DNA from: Eledone cirrhosa
Lineage: Eukaryota
Length of the DNA stretch: 64,000 nucleotides
Reading direction: 5' to 3'
Assembly: GCA_964016885.1 (NCBI GenBank)
Contig: OZ024740.1
Location: 109,678,001-109,742,000, forward strand
The first letter of the stretch is position 1. Every line of letters begins with the position of its first letter. The translations under genes and the position numbers were made by a program. The notes under the pieces are model-generated. The model saw only the letters and a list, made by a program, of their open reading frames with translations, had not been told where the DNA came from and ran no database searches. Below are positions 40,348-52,794 of the stretch, piece after piece.

Positions 40348-40502
40348 TATAAGTCCGGAACTTATATCTTCGTTGAGTGCTCCCTATCTGCATACTGAAG
40401 TACTGGATTTTACCAACACTTACTTTCTTGCATACACACATATATATATATATATATATAAAATCATCATCATTATTTAATGCCCATTTTTCCATGCTGG
40501 CA

Positions 40503-40585
<83 letters not shown>

Positions 40586-40589
40586 TATA

Positions 40590-41308
40590 TCATCATCATC
40601 ACCATTTTACGTCCATTCTTCCACGCTAGCATGGGTTAGACAGGTTGTCTTGTTGTGTGCAGTGTCCGGTTGGCTGACCTTGTCTTGCTCATACAGGAAC
40701 TGATTTTGGCTTCATTTCTACAGCTGGAAGCCCTTCCTAGCACCAACCTCATTTACAGTGAGTGCTGGGTGCTTTTTTTCCATGGCGCCTACACATCCAC
40801 TTTACAATGTGGCCTGGGTGCTTTTTTTGTCATGACACCTCCACAACTACTTTGCAGTGGGAGGGGATGAGGGTATATTGTCAATATGCTTTGGCTTGTT
40901 CCTGTGGGAAGTCAGGTCTTCTGTATTACTGCGTGATGCCAGAGGTCATGGTCCTGTGTCATCGCCATTGAGAGGTGCAATTGGGCAAGGTCTGCTTTTA
41001 TCATCTTGCCCCAGGTCTTCTTGAGTCTCCCCACTCCATGGCTTCCATCAACTTTTTGTGCTCTGCATCTTTTTACGCAGCTCTCATCCTTCATACGCAT
41101 CACATGTCCATACCAACGCAACCTCCTCTCCTGCACACAGCATTTGATTCCTCTTATGCTCAGTCTTTCTCTCAATTCGTTTATGTTTTGCCGTTCGCGC
41201 ATATTACTATTACACATCCATAGGAGCATGCAAGCTTCGTTTCTTTCTAATCTACGCAAGTCTTCTACACACAACGCCCAGGTCTCACTACCATGTAACA
41301 TTGCTGTA
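40590..41308 (-). mobile_element. RTE LINE 3' fragment, abutted at its 5' end by the PLE
   Basis: TAMLHGSETWAL...RLRWYGHVMRMKD...; RTE 3' UTR with (ATC)n at 40590. Confidence 0.92.
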
Positions 41309-41370
41309 CTAATAGTAAATGACCAAATGCACGTGCTAAGAAAATGCACAAAAAAACTAAATATATATAT

Positions 41371-41415
<45 letters not shown>

Positions 41416-41649
41416 TACACATATATATGTGTACATACACACACACATATATATATATACATATACACACACACATATACACATACGCATACATATAAAT
41501 ATACAAGCACACCCCATACATATAAACACAGCACAGACACAAGAGTATATACATACAAATACATATACACGCACACATAAATGCATACAACCACATACAC
41601 ACATATAGTATAAACATTTCTTAAAGATAAAAACATAAATATAAAAAAA

Positions 41650-43163
41650 TCTTAAGAAAAATAATTTTCCAAATTAGAACTAAGACTGGTTAAATATATC
41701 CTCTGTTATTCCTTGGTTTAATAATGTACAAGGTAAAAATAAGTGTAGATTTACCCAATTCGATATTGTTGATTTTTACCCCTCTATTACTGTTTTCTTA
41801 TTAAATAAAGCCTTAGATGTTGCAAGACCTTTCATTAATATTTCTAAATCAGAAGAAGACATTTTTCATGCTAGGAAAGCTCTACTCTTTACTAATGAAA
41901 GTATTTGGGTTAAAAAGTCAAGGCGTGAAAACTCTTTCGATGTTGCAACGGGTTCATATGACAGTGCGGATGTGTGTGACTTAGTAGGATTATTCCTTCT
42001 CCACACCCTTAAAGAGAAATTTCCTTCCCATAATATCGGTTTATACCGTGACGACGGATTGGCAATTTCTCATACCACCAACGGCCATAACCTTGATAAA
42101 TTCCGTAAAGATTTAATCAATACTTTTGCTAATCTTAACCTTAAAATTACTATAGATACGAACCTTACCAATGCTAACTTTCTTGACATTAATCTTGATC
42201 TACTTACTGCCTCTTTTAAACCTTAATATAAACCTAACGAGAATCTAAGATATATACACAAAGAGTCTTGCCATACCCCTATAGTTTAAAAAAATCTTAT
42301 TCCCAATATTAGCCGTAGGATTTCTACTTTATCTTGTTCTCTAGACATCTTTAATAAAGCTGCCCCTTATTATAATAAAGCCCTCAATTATAGCGGCTTT
42401 ACAGAACAGATTACATATTTACCCCCCCCCCCCCCCCCCACCACCACCACCAAAAAAAAAAAACTAATCACAATAATAGGAAAAGGAAAATTATTTGGTT
42501 TACACCCCCCTTCTCTCTAACTGTCCAATGTAGGAAGGAAATTCCTTGACCTCCTAGATAAGCATTCCCCCCCCCTAATCATAGATATTATAAGATATTT
42601 AATAGAAATGTAGTTAAAATTAGTTACTCTTGCTGCACATATATGAAGTCTAAAATCACCATCACCAACTCTAATCGTACGAGAATAAATCCAGGATGCA
42701 GTTGCAGAAAGCCGGATGAATGCCCATTACAGGGCAAATGTAACACCAAATCCGTTGTATATGAGGCCAAAGTTACACCTTTGATTAACAACCAGCCAGG
42801 AGTGAACGATATGTTGGTATGACTCAAGAGAGGTTCAAAACCAGGTTTTATGCACATGTCGCTTCTTTTAAACACTCTGATAAAAGAACAGTAATGGCCC
42901 TCACTAATAAGATGTGGGAATTCAAAGATAATAACATCCTGTACTCTATCGATTGGTCTATTTTAGACTATTCGAGGGAATACCAAAGGGGCACAAAGAA
43001 TTGTTCTTTGTGTACCACTGAAACATTTAGAATTCTACAGAATTTGAAAGCCACTTTAACTTGCCTTAACTCCAAGACCGAGATCTTCAGATGTTGTCCT
43101 CACCTGAAATCACATCTACTCTGTAACTGGATTGACATTCCTACGATAACTCAACCACCTTGA
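41650..43163 (+). pseudogene. Disrupted PLE RT plus GIY-YIG endonuclease ORF
   Basis: ORF pieces 41972..42226 and 42819..43163 plus intervening frames, with several stops and frameshifts. Confidence 0.88.
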
Positions 43164-43479
43164 ACTTCTTCTTTGCTACGATGACTTAACCACCTTGAAC
43201 TTCTTCTTTGATTTTTACGCCTTACATCTACTGCGACCTTTATTACTCTCTGAACTCACTTTCTGTACCCTTATTTTCTCTTTCTCCCTTATCTCCTCTT
43301 ATTTTTTTACTTTTTCTTATGTTATTTATTTTCCTTATTCCCACCTACCCTCTACCTTACCCTTTACATACCCACCCCTTTTGATTTTTAGATATTAATT
43401 TTACGTGTATGTATGTTGTCGTGTATATGTGTATATAAGTGTATGTATATATACATTTTTATATATATGTGTATGTGTA

Positions 43480-43534
<55 letters not shown>

Positions 43535-43678
43535 TTATGTGTGTGTGTGTGTATTTTTATTTATGTGGTGTTGCAACCCTTTGTACTTATGTGTGTGTGT
43601 ATATTCGTGTGTGTGTATATATATACATATATATATATATGTGTGTGTATATATATATATGTATATATATGTATATAT

Positions 43679-43915
43679 GGTCGGGTCGTTGGCGAGTAAA
43701 CTGGCAACGCCACCAAGGTTTCTTGGTGAGGAGGGTGACTGGACATCCTGCAGGAGTAAAAACAAAACCTGTCAAAGGGCAAAGGAGCTCTTAAGAGTCA
43801 ATGGCCATCCAAAATCACCGGGAGAGATGACTCCTTAGCCTTTGTCAAGGCATTCTAGGAGAAGGAAAACTCTGATATAACACCTGCAACCCTGATGATA
43901 TCCAATGATGTTAAC
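43679..43915 (+). mobile_element. Unassigned repeat fragment within the PLE 3' microsatellite; resembles a LINE 5' UTR
   Basis: GC-richer island in (TA/TG)n; ctaggagaaggaaaactctga recalls RTE 5' UTRs (from memory, unverified). Confidence 0.35.
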
Positions 43916-43953
43916 TTGTTCTTCTTTTTGGTAAATATCATGTGTGTGTGTAG

Positions 43954-43995
<42 letters not shown>

Positions 43996-44533
43996 TTACA
44001 TATATATATATGTGTATGTGCGTGCGTGTGTACGTACTTATGCGTATGTGTGTATGTAACTATATAGTTTTTTATATTTATGCTTTTATCTTTAAGAAAT
44101 TTTTATACTATATGTGTGTATGTGGTTGTATGCATTTATGTGTGCGTGTATATGTATTTGTATGTATATACTCTTTTGTGTCTGTGCTATGTTTATATGT
44201 ATGGGGTGTGCTTGTATATTTATATGTATGCGTATGTGTATATGTGTGTGTGTATATGTATATATATATATATGTGTGTGTGTATGTACACATATATTCT
44301 TATTTGTGTGTGTGCATATGTATCCTTTTATATGTGAGTACATATGCATGTGTGTATATATGTGTTTATGTATATGTGTGTATATGTATGTGTATGTGTA
44401 TATATATGTATGTGTGTGCATGTATAGATATGTGCATATATGAAATATCTATGATCGTTGGCAAATCACTGATGAGGGACTCATTTTATAACATATTATC
44501 CATGTGCAACCTGCAGTATTCTTCTCCCCATTT

Positions 44534-44563
<30 letters not shown>

Positions 44564-44565
<2 letters not shown>

Positions 44566-45554
44566 CATCATCATCATCGTTTAACGTCCATCTTCCATGG
44601 GTTTGGACGGGAATTTTCCCACTTGAGGCAAGATTGGTTGTCTTGCTTGTATAGGACTGTCTGACGGGTTTTCTACGGCTGGATGCCCTTCCTAACACCA
44701 ACCACGTTTACAGTGTGGACTGGGGTTTTTTTACCGTGTTACCTACACGGCCACATTACAGCGTGGACTGTGTGTTTTTTTATTCGTGACACCTACACGA
44801 CCTCATTTATTTCGGACTGGATGTTGTGGTACCAACATAACTTTACATTGAAAGGGTGATGTGGACGGGGTGTGGGTCGTGGGACGGGGGTGTATTTTTG
44901 TTAAGAGGTGCCTACTGACTGTAGGTTTTACTTTGTACTTAGGCAAGGCGGGTCTTCTGTATTACTGTGTAGCGCCAAAGATCTCGGTCCAGTGACATTG
45001 TCTTGGAGAGGTGTAAGTGTGTGAGGTCGGAATTTATCAAGTCATCCCAGATTTTTCTGGGTCTGCCTACTCCGTGGCTACCGTCTATTTTTATCGCTCT
45101 GCACTTTTTTATACAGCTGTCGTCTTTCATGCGCATCACATGACCATACCAAAGTAGTCTTCTCTTGAGTAAACAACATCTGATCCCTCTTATTCCTAAT
45201 TTCACCCTTAGTTCATTTATGCTTTGTCGTTCACGTATATTACTATTACACATCCAACGGAGCATGCAAGCTTCGTTCCTGTCCAGTCTGCGTATATATT
45301 CTGCACACAATGCCCAAGTCTCACTGCCATGTAACATTGCTGTTCGTATGCAGGCATCATACAGCCTGCCTTTCATTTTTAGGGAGAACCCTTTAGTGGC
45401 TAATAGTGGTATAAGCTCTCTGAACTTTTTCCATCCCGTTCTAACTCTAGCTACTGTACTTTCAGAGCACCCTCCACCACTGGTGATTTTGTCACCCAGG
45501 TAACGGAAGATGTCCACTATTTCTATAGAACCATCTGTGCAATGGAATGAGCTA

Positions 45555-45555
<1 letters not shown>
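44564..45555 (-). mobile_element. RTE LINE 3' fragment (sister of 8461-10765, lacking the 113-bp UTR duplication)
   Basis: ORF 44939..45517 nearly matches the C-terminal half of 8968..10188; both flanks are (TA)n. Confidence 0.95.
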
Positions 45556-45609
<54 letters not shown>

Positions 45610-45854
45610 GCGGTGTATTTATGTATGGATATATATGTATATATATATATGTGTATGTGTGTATGTGTCTCTGTGTATATACGCGTGTATATGTGTATAT
45701 GTATATATGTGTGTATATGTGTGTTCGTGTGTGTTGTGTTATATATTCTTATTTATTACTCCCCCCCCCCACACCTTTTTTTCCCTCCAGCCTCACCTTC
45801 ATATCTGTTATATTTTTGTTTTCAAATCCACTTTCAATAAAGACACCAGGATTT

Positions 45855-45914
45855 TTTCATTCTGATGAATGAAAGCAATTTTGGTTGCTTTCAAGAAACC
45901 ACTGGTAAATGAAA
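45855..45914 (+). ncRNA. Type-I hammerhead ribozyme motif in a PLE pLTR-like segment
   Basis: tttcatt-CTGATGA-a-tgaaagcaa-ttttgg-ttgctttca-a-GAAA-ccactgg-TA-aatgaaa: 7-bp helix I, 9-bp helix II, short helix III, GUA cleavage triplet. Confidence 0.8.
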
Positions 45915-45989
45915 TAATTATCTCATGTTGTTTATTACATAACTATATATATATATATATATATATACACGTATATATACACACATAGA

Positions 45990-46358
45990 ACAAAGGAGCA
46001 GAAAGGGCAGTTGTCCCTATTATTGCAATTACAACTAAAACTAAATTCAGGTTTGTCTACATTTTTATGGTTAGATAATTTGACTAAATTAGATGCAATA
46101 ATGTTATGTGCAGGTTTGGGTGTTGTAGAGTATATTTTAACAGTTATTCTATTGAATATCTTGTGATATTTATGTGCTAGGGGGAAATGCTTCCTAATTA
46201 ATCTAATTAGTGATTCAGAGTGGATTTCTAGATAAATTAATGTAAAGAAAGCTTTATCTAGTTGTGTCGCCACTTTCATATTATATGGTGGGTTATACCA
46301 TATAAAACATTTAGATCTATTCTTCCTAATTTTATGCTCGCTGAGCCATTACTATCAT
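45990..46358 (-). mobile_element. Second, divergent PLE (Naiad-like) ORF fragment
   Basis: RKNRSKCFIWYNPPYNMKV...KHFPLAHKYHKIFNRITVKIYS...CNCNNRDNCPF is homologous to the 42480-42730 region; cut at 46360 by the Helitron-like element. Confidence 0.8.
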
Positions 46359-46359
46359 G

Positions 46360-46840
46360 ACTAGCAGAAAACCACCCGAAGGGTGGTTTTCTGCTAGTAT
46401 ATGTAGTGTGCATATTGCTATTATATGTAAGTATATATGCATGTAGATATGATACATCAAATGAAATCGTAATTGACAATATGCACAGAAATTGAACGAA
46501 GTCTGCATTACACTCTCTTATGTAATCAGTAAAGTAATCCATGATACATTAAAAAAAGACGATATTATATATAAACTGCATTAGGAAACAAATTAGTGAC
46601 AGAAATATATAAATGTTTCTTTAAGCGTTCGCTAACCGGAAGTGTTGACATTTGAAAATTTTAAAGAAGTGAATCTTTAAATAAGCAATAAAATATATTT
46701 AATCAATAGTTATGAAATTTAGTAGATAAATTATGTAATATTCATTCATTATTTATTCAAAGTAATCTAACTTATTTTACAAACGGGATCAAAAAATATA
46801 TTCAGGACACAGACCCACACTCTTGCCTTTATTATAGTTA
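46360..46840 (-). mobile_element. Non-autonomous Helitron-like element, family A, with perfect terminal hairpin
   Basis: ACTAGCAGAAAACCACCC-GAA-GGGTGGTTTTCTGCTAGT at 46360-46398; body homologous to 4306-4822. Confidence 0.65.
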
Positions 46841-47080
46841 AGATTATTATTAATATCATCAGTATGATTAGGTTTAAAACATTTCGATTAACAAATTTTT
46901 CATACATGCGTGTAAGAAAATATTCAGCTAATCAAAATAGTAAACAAACCTCCATATTTTTTCATAGCACGTATTAGTTCTTCCCACATTGCTAAATTAC
47001 GTAACTCATGCTAGCGTGGACAGTAAACGATGATGATGATGACACACAAGTATAGTCATCAGTCTACAGTCATGCTAGGG

Positions 47081-47421
47081 CAGAGGTTCTCAAATTGGGC
47101 GCTACCTCCCCACTCCACAGGTGGCATTGAGAAGGTCCTGGGAGGCACTGGGGCTTAAGGGGTCGGTAGAGATGATATAATAATATATTAAATATCAAAT
47201 GATACATATTATATATAAATATAATAAAATAAAAAATATATAATATTTATTTATACATAGTATATATTATATTATTTATTATATATAAATTGATGATTTT
47301 ATTTATTATATAGTATTTATGATTTGCATGTAGGCAGGTCTCTCTGGAATTAGGAGTGCGGGCATTGAGGTTATTATCTGGCCGTGGGGGGGGGGGGGGG
47401 GGTGCAGTGGCCCCAAAAGTT
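47081..47421 (+). mobile_element. hAT (Charlie-type) MITE with right TIR mostly deleted
   Basis: Left TIR CAGAGGTTCTCAAA; 8-bp TSD TGCTAGGG at 47073-47080 and 47422-47429. Confidence 0.7.
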
Positions 47422-48639
47422 TGCTAGGGCATAACCATACATATATTTGTTAGTTTTTTTTTTTGTGTGTGTGTGTGTGTGTGTGTAACTTTTTATAGAT
47501 ATAGATTTACTATTTATTTACTTATATGCTGTGGAAATGCTCATGAAATATTTTGTACAAGAAAGGAAAGGAAACCAACAAAAAATACTATAAACTTGTT
47601 CATTCATAAATCTGTCTCACCCAATGTACTCACACACACACCACCAACAAACATTTGTAGGAAAATAGAAATAAAATAAAGAAAATCAAATCAAAAGAAA
47701 TCCTTAAGTATACTTCAAACCTCTAAAGTCCCATTATAATTACCTCCCTTACCCCTTCATTTACATTTCCTTGTTGCTTGCTATGACCTTTGCTTTCCTA
47801 GGTAATTATTGAGAGAAAAGAGATTAACTGGATAAAAAAGAATGACTCAATCTTATAGCTAACTCCTACTCAGCAAAGAGCTTAAGAGAGGGGAGATAAT
47901 TGACACAACCTACAGGAGAGACCTAATAAGACCAATGACTCTGCAAATGCAGGAGAAAGTGAGTAAGGAAGGAGAGGAGCCAGTCGTCAAGGAAAATATT
48001 GACTTCAACAGAATTTGAACTTGGAGCACAGAGAGCTAGCTGGAACAAATACTGATGTTCTCTCTAATCAGGACTAGATTATGTCCTTTTCAGGCTCTAA
48101 GCACTTAAAATATTATGGTGACCCCTCCATCCCATCTACCCAATATATAAAGTTTGCTGCTGCTGCTGCTGCAAAAAGATTTTTAGGGAATAATAGTGCC
48201 CTTCTTCCATTGATACTTTAAGTATGTGGTTATTTTGCTTAATAGTCAATCTAGCCCTGGTTCTAACAACTCTGTCAATTCACTGCTGGGGTGAGTAAAA
48301 GATAGTATTGACACATTATACCTTTGAGGCCTAATAAGACAATTTCCTGAGTCTTATAGCTAACTCCTTGACAACAGGAGAGGATGTACAAAGGAGAGAA
48401 TCAAGTGACACAACACACAAAAAGAAGCATAACATTTCCAACAAATACTGGATTGTGAGAAACCAACCCCCCATCCCCAACAAAAAAAATTGTCAGTAAA
48501 TTTTGAATATATTATATTAACTGTACATCTTTTTTGTCTGTCTGTCACACGAATGCTATGTTTTGTCAAAAATGTCTGCCAATTTCTTTTTTTTTAGTAT
48601 TCCTAGAATACAAATGTAACACAAAAGGGGTTGGTGTGT

Positions 48640-48670
<31 letters not shown>

Positions 48671-48881
48671 GGGGGATTTTATAAAGACTCCTCTGCTAAC
48701 GTTGTTTTCTATCGGTCTCCTCTTTCTTCCTATTAATACACACAATAAACATAGATTTGTTATAATTTGCTGAAGAAACTAAATCTTGCTTATTTTGTCC
48801 ATAAAACAACAGGTTATATGCTAGTATATATATATATATATGAGAGTGTTGAATTTTGCTTGAAACATTGTGGAATAATAA

Positions 48882-49622
48882 AATTGGTCGTTTTGGAAGC
48901 TTCAACAATGTAGATGGATAAATCTCCGGGTAACAGAATCAGGTGGTAATGAGAGAGAGGGGTGTAAGAGGAAATGTAGTATGAGACGTAGAGGATGTAG
49001 AGGGACGTAGGAAAGAGTGTAAAAATAATAACATGAGATAGGGTTACCTTGGCATTGATTTAATTGTCCCTATATTTCGGATTTTGCATCCATCAACTGG
49101 GGGTTTTCCGAGGGGAAAAAGCTTTTAGTTGCACATTGTAAACAACAGAGGCCACATGTTGTCCCTCTCCGACTAAAAGTTTTTTCCCCACGGAAAACCG
49201 CCAGTTGATGGATGCAAAATCCGAAATATAGGGACAATTAAATCAATTCCAAGGTAACCCTATCTCATGTTATTATTTTTACACTCAGGGCGGTGGATTG
49301 GCAGTATCGGTGGAGGGTCGGACGCCATGCTTTCCAGCATAGTTACGTCCCTTTACGATCTGAGTTCAAATCCCGCCGAGGTTGACTTTGCCTTTCATCC
49401 TTACGGGGTCGATAAAATAAAGTACCAGTGATGCACTGGGTAATTGCTGGCCTTGTGCCTAAAGTAGAAACAATTATTTTTACACTCTTTCCTACGTCCC
49501 TCTACACCCTCTACATCTCATTCTACATTTCCTCTTACACCCCTCTCTCTCTCATTACCACCTGATTCTGTTACCCGGAGATTTACCCATCTGCATTGTT
49601 GAGGCTTCCAAAACGACCAATT
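48882..49622. mobile_element. Fold-back element: ~250-bp inverted arms, 38-bp spacer, right arm split by a SINE
   Basis: 48882-49131 is the reverse complement of 49170-49286 joined to 49488-49622, with few mismatches. Confidence 0.9.
49287..49472 (+). mobile_element. Young tRNA-derived SINE with 15-bp TSD
   Basis: TSD ATTATTTTTACACTC at 49272-49286 and 49473-49487; A and B boxes present. Confidence 0.93.
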
Positions 49623-49650
49623 ATATATATACATATATATACATAAATAT

Positions 49651-49828
49651 AATTGTTTCTACTTTAGGCACAAGGCCAGCAATTACCCAGTGCATTACTG
49701 GTACTTTATGTTATCGACCCCGTAAGGATGAAAGGCAAAGTAAACCTCAGCGGGATTTGAATTCAGACCGTAAAGGGACGTAACTATGCTGGAAAGCATG
49801 GCATCCGACCCTCTACCGATACTGCCAA
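49651..49828 (-). mobile_element. Same SINE subfamily, inverted copy
   Basis: Reverse complement of 49298-49475 with about 8 substitutions. Confidence 0.9.
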
Positions 49829-49856
49829 TGATTGTCAGTAGGTCAGTGCTAAATTA

Positions 49857-50051
49857 CCATATACACTCAAATATACCCTGAGGAATATGTGATCAAAAAA
49901 TCAATGGCAAAATGATGGGAAGGGGGCTTATATACACCATCTAAACAATGTGTCAATTAACAGCCTTGACTTACAAATGGAGTTTGGAGTTTTGTCCATT
50001 TCTCAGACATAAAATAGAGGAGGGATTCAACTTATATTCAAGTATATACGG
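49857..50051. mobile_element. Tc2/pogo-type MITE, decayed
   Basis: TA|ccatatacactcaaatata ... tatattcaagtatatacgg termini. Confidence 0.6.
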
Positions 50052-52423
50052 GATTTGATAAGTTAATATAATATTCTATAGGATTTTTATGGAATGATCT
50101 TCCACTGGTTTCTACGATGAGTGTTCCTGTTGTTAAGTCAACGGAGCAGCCTGCTGTGAAGTTAACGGGTAAGTTGACATGCAGTGTGAGCAGTAAGGGA
50201 GCTTTCTAGGCCATTAACCCCCCTCTCCCCTACACACACAGTAGTAAATTACTAATGAATATATTTTGACATGAATGTGGGCCACATGTGAGAATTATGG
50301 GCCATCACATGTACATACATTCAATCAACCTCCATCAGTTTCAACTATGAATGGTCCAGTTTTCCAATCAATGGAACACCCTGCTTATAAAATTAATGTG
50401 TAGGTGGCTGAGAATTCCACAGACACATACTCTTAACTTAACACTCAGGGATATTCAGCATTTCATACATAGTGTGTGACAAAGCAGTTCATGCAATGGT
50501 TTCCAAACAGTTCCCATTTACCTAATTCATCTCAATACTTGGGTCAACATGAAGTTATGGTAAATGTCTCAAGATGCCACATAGTGAGATTGGACCTAAT
50601 GATTGTTAAGAGAACCTCTTAACTGTTTCACCATGCTCTGGCCACACACATGCATTATGTGATAAAATAAAGTACCAGTAATGTACTGATTATTGTTGGC
50701 CTTGTGCCAAAAGTAGAAACAATTATAACAGACATGGAGTGTGAACAGCAAGTGTATATTATGGGCGATCAACAGACACATTATAGGGTAGTAAATTACT
50801 TTATAACTGAGATATATTCCCCTTACCCCCAGTTTAGTCAGGGAGAGAAGGGCAGAACCCATAACCAATATTTTTTTCAGAGTCCCCAAGACTGTAGGAA
50901 GGTATCCCCAAACTGGAGACCTAGCTCAAATACCTGCAATAGAGTAAAATAAAAAACCCCAAAAAACCATAGGATTTGCAGCTAGAAAGTTTCCGTCTCA
51001 GGTACAGGTCTGAGCAAGGTTATTTGTGGAAGACCAGCAATCATCACCCATGCACACCAGTCTCCCCTCTCCATGTCATTGATGTTGTCCAAGGGAAAGG
51101 CAATTGCTGATACAGCTTGGCATCAGTGACATCACTACTCATTTTTACAGCTGAGTGAACTGGAGCAACATGAAATAAAGTATTTTGCTCAAGGACACAA
51201 CACACCACCCAGTCTTGAAATCGAACTCACAAACTCATGATTGTGAATCCAATGTGCTAACCACTATGCCACGCACCTTTCATGTAGTAGATTCTGCTAA
51301 ATGTACCCAAGACCCATGTTGTTCTATTAGACTAGTTGACATGAATTTTAGTTACACAAATATTTCACACAATAAACACTGACAAAAAATGGAAAAGGAA
51401 GGGAAGGGACAGACTGTACACTCCTGACCAGATGGTATATCTCAGTTGCACCCCAAGGACAAGATAGCAAAAGTATTGCTGCAGAAAACAGCCAATGACA
51501 CCAACTGCATTAGTCACTCAACCTCATGGGGCTCCTTCTTCAGGTAAGATGCACTCCTCCTTATTTTGCAGACGAAAACAGCAGTCCAGGGACCAAGGAC
51601 ACTGGAGGTCTTGACAATTTATTAAAGGCTGCATGATATTGATATGAATGTGAGCAGTAAGGGAGAATTCTGGGTGATCACATGCAAACACACACATATA
51701 CACTATAGAGTAGTAAAATACTTTATAACTGCTGTATATAGTTGACATGAAGTGTGAGAAGCAAGTGTGGCTGTAAAAATAAAAATAAATTACAAAAAAA
51801 ACAAAAAACGAAAAGTTAACAAAGGCACACATTAACAAATCACTGATTGAATGGAAGTGAATTTAGTTTCCTCTGTGTAACAGCTCATTGTCTAGAACAT
51901 TAAAGGGGCCTGATCCTTTAAATCTTTACTACCCATCTCTACATATAGTTAAACTGACTGAAAATTAAAGGGTCTCATCCTCCCAAAGTCCTTCTCTCCT
52001 TTCACCTTCACTCCCACCCTCGTTTTTGTCTTTTTGTTAAAGTTCAAATGTTATTTAGTCTTGGTTATTAACTCAATTGTAATAAGAAGTATCACTTTAC
52101 AGAATTTAGCAGGGGAGTGATGTGTGGATAATGTTGGGTAATGTGTTGGGGTAGGAGACTATGATATATTGTAGGTAGTTGACTGGCTGGTTGACTAGGG
52201 CTTAGAGTAGGTTGGGGCAGGTTTTCCAGATTGGCCTATAACTTTTCAGGATTGCATGCTACTATTTTTTTATTTTTTTATTTTGGACTACTTACTACTT
52301 TATATTTTTAAGATAAGAATTTGGCCGATGCAGCATGGCTGAATGGTGAAGAACATTGCTTCACAATCATAAGGTCCTATGTTCAATCACACTGGCATTT
52401 TCAGCAAGTGTCATTTACTACAG

Positions 52424-52730
52424 CAAGTGTCAGCGAATTGGCAGAGTCGTTAGAATGTCAGATAGAATGCTTTATGGTATTCGTTCCGGCTCTCTACTCT
52501 CTGAGTTCAACTCCCACCGAGGTCAACTTTGCCTTTCATCCTTTCAGAGTGGATAAAAATAAAGTACCAGTCTAGTACTGGGGTCGATTCTTCCTCTCTC
52601 TGGAAGAAATCTGTTACACTCAGGCCAGGAGAGGCAATGGGCTCTGCCAGGCTTAAAATGTCCAAGAAACGCTGTATGTCGGCACCCCTACAACTCTATC
52701 AGGAGTTATGGGACCATACAGACATAGATA
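52424..52730 (+). mobile_element. SINE nested in an older SINE (host starts ~52328), 12-bp TSD
   Basis: TSD CATTTACTACAG at 52412-52423 and 52731-52742. Confidence 0.85.
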
Positions 52731-52794
52731 CATTTACTACAGTCTTGAGTTGATCCAAGCCTTGTGAGTGAAGTTGGATAAACAGAAACTGGAA

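Larger units (their letters stand above)
41309..44540 (+). mobile_element. 5'-truncated Penelope-like element (probable Naiad clade) with inverted pLTR copy at its 5' end
   Basis: RT: QFDIVDFYPSI, GSYDSADVCDLVGL, GLYRDDGL, NFLD. Linker: RKRKIIWFTPPFS, KIFNRNVVKISYSC, CSCRKPDECPLQGKC. C-terminal GIY-YIG endonuclease: VVY..YVGMT..FKTRFYAH..CSLC..E..LN..CCPH. 41423-41648 is an inverted copy of 44068-44297. Confidence 0.9.

Noticed and set aside
42690-43230. Selenocysteine codons or SECIS in the Naiad-like PLE
   Set aside because: The conserved Cys positions here are TGC/TGT. The ATGA..AA..GA after the stop lies in a 23-bp direct duplication (aaccaccttgaacttcttctttg) and does not form a SECIS hairpin.
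43679-43790. HDV-like ribozyme in a LINE 5' UTR-like fragment
   Set aside because: Could not assign the nested P1/P1.1/P2/P3 pairings by eye on either strand.
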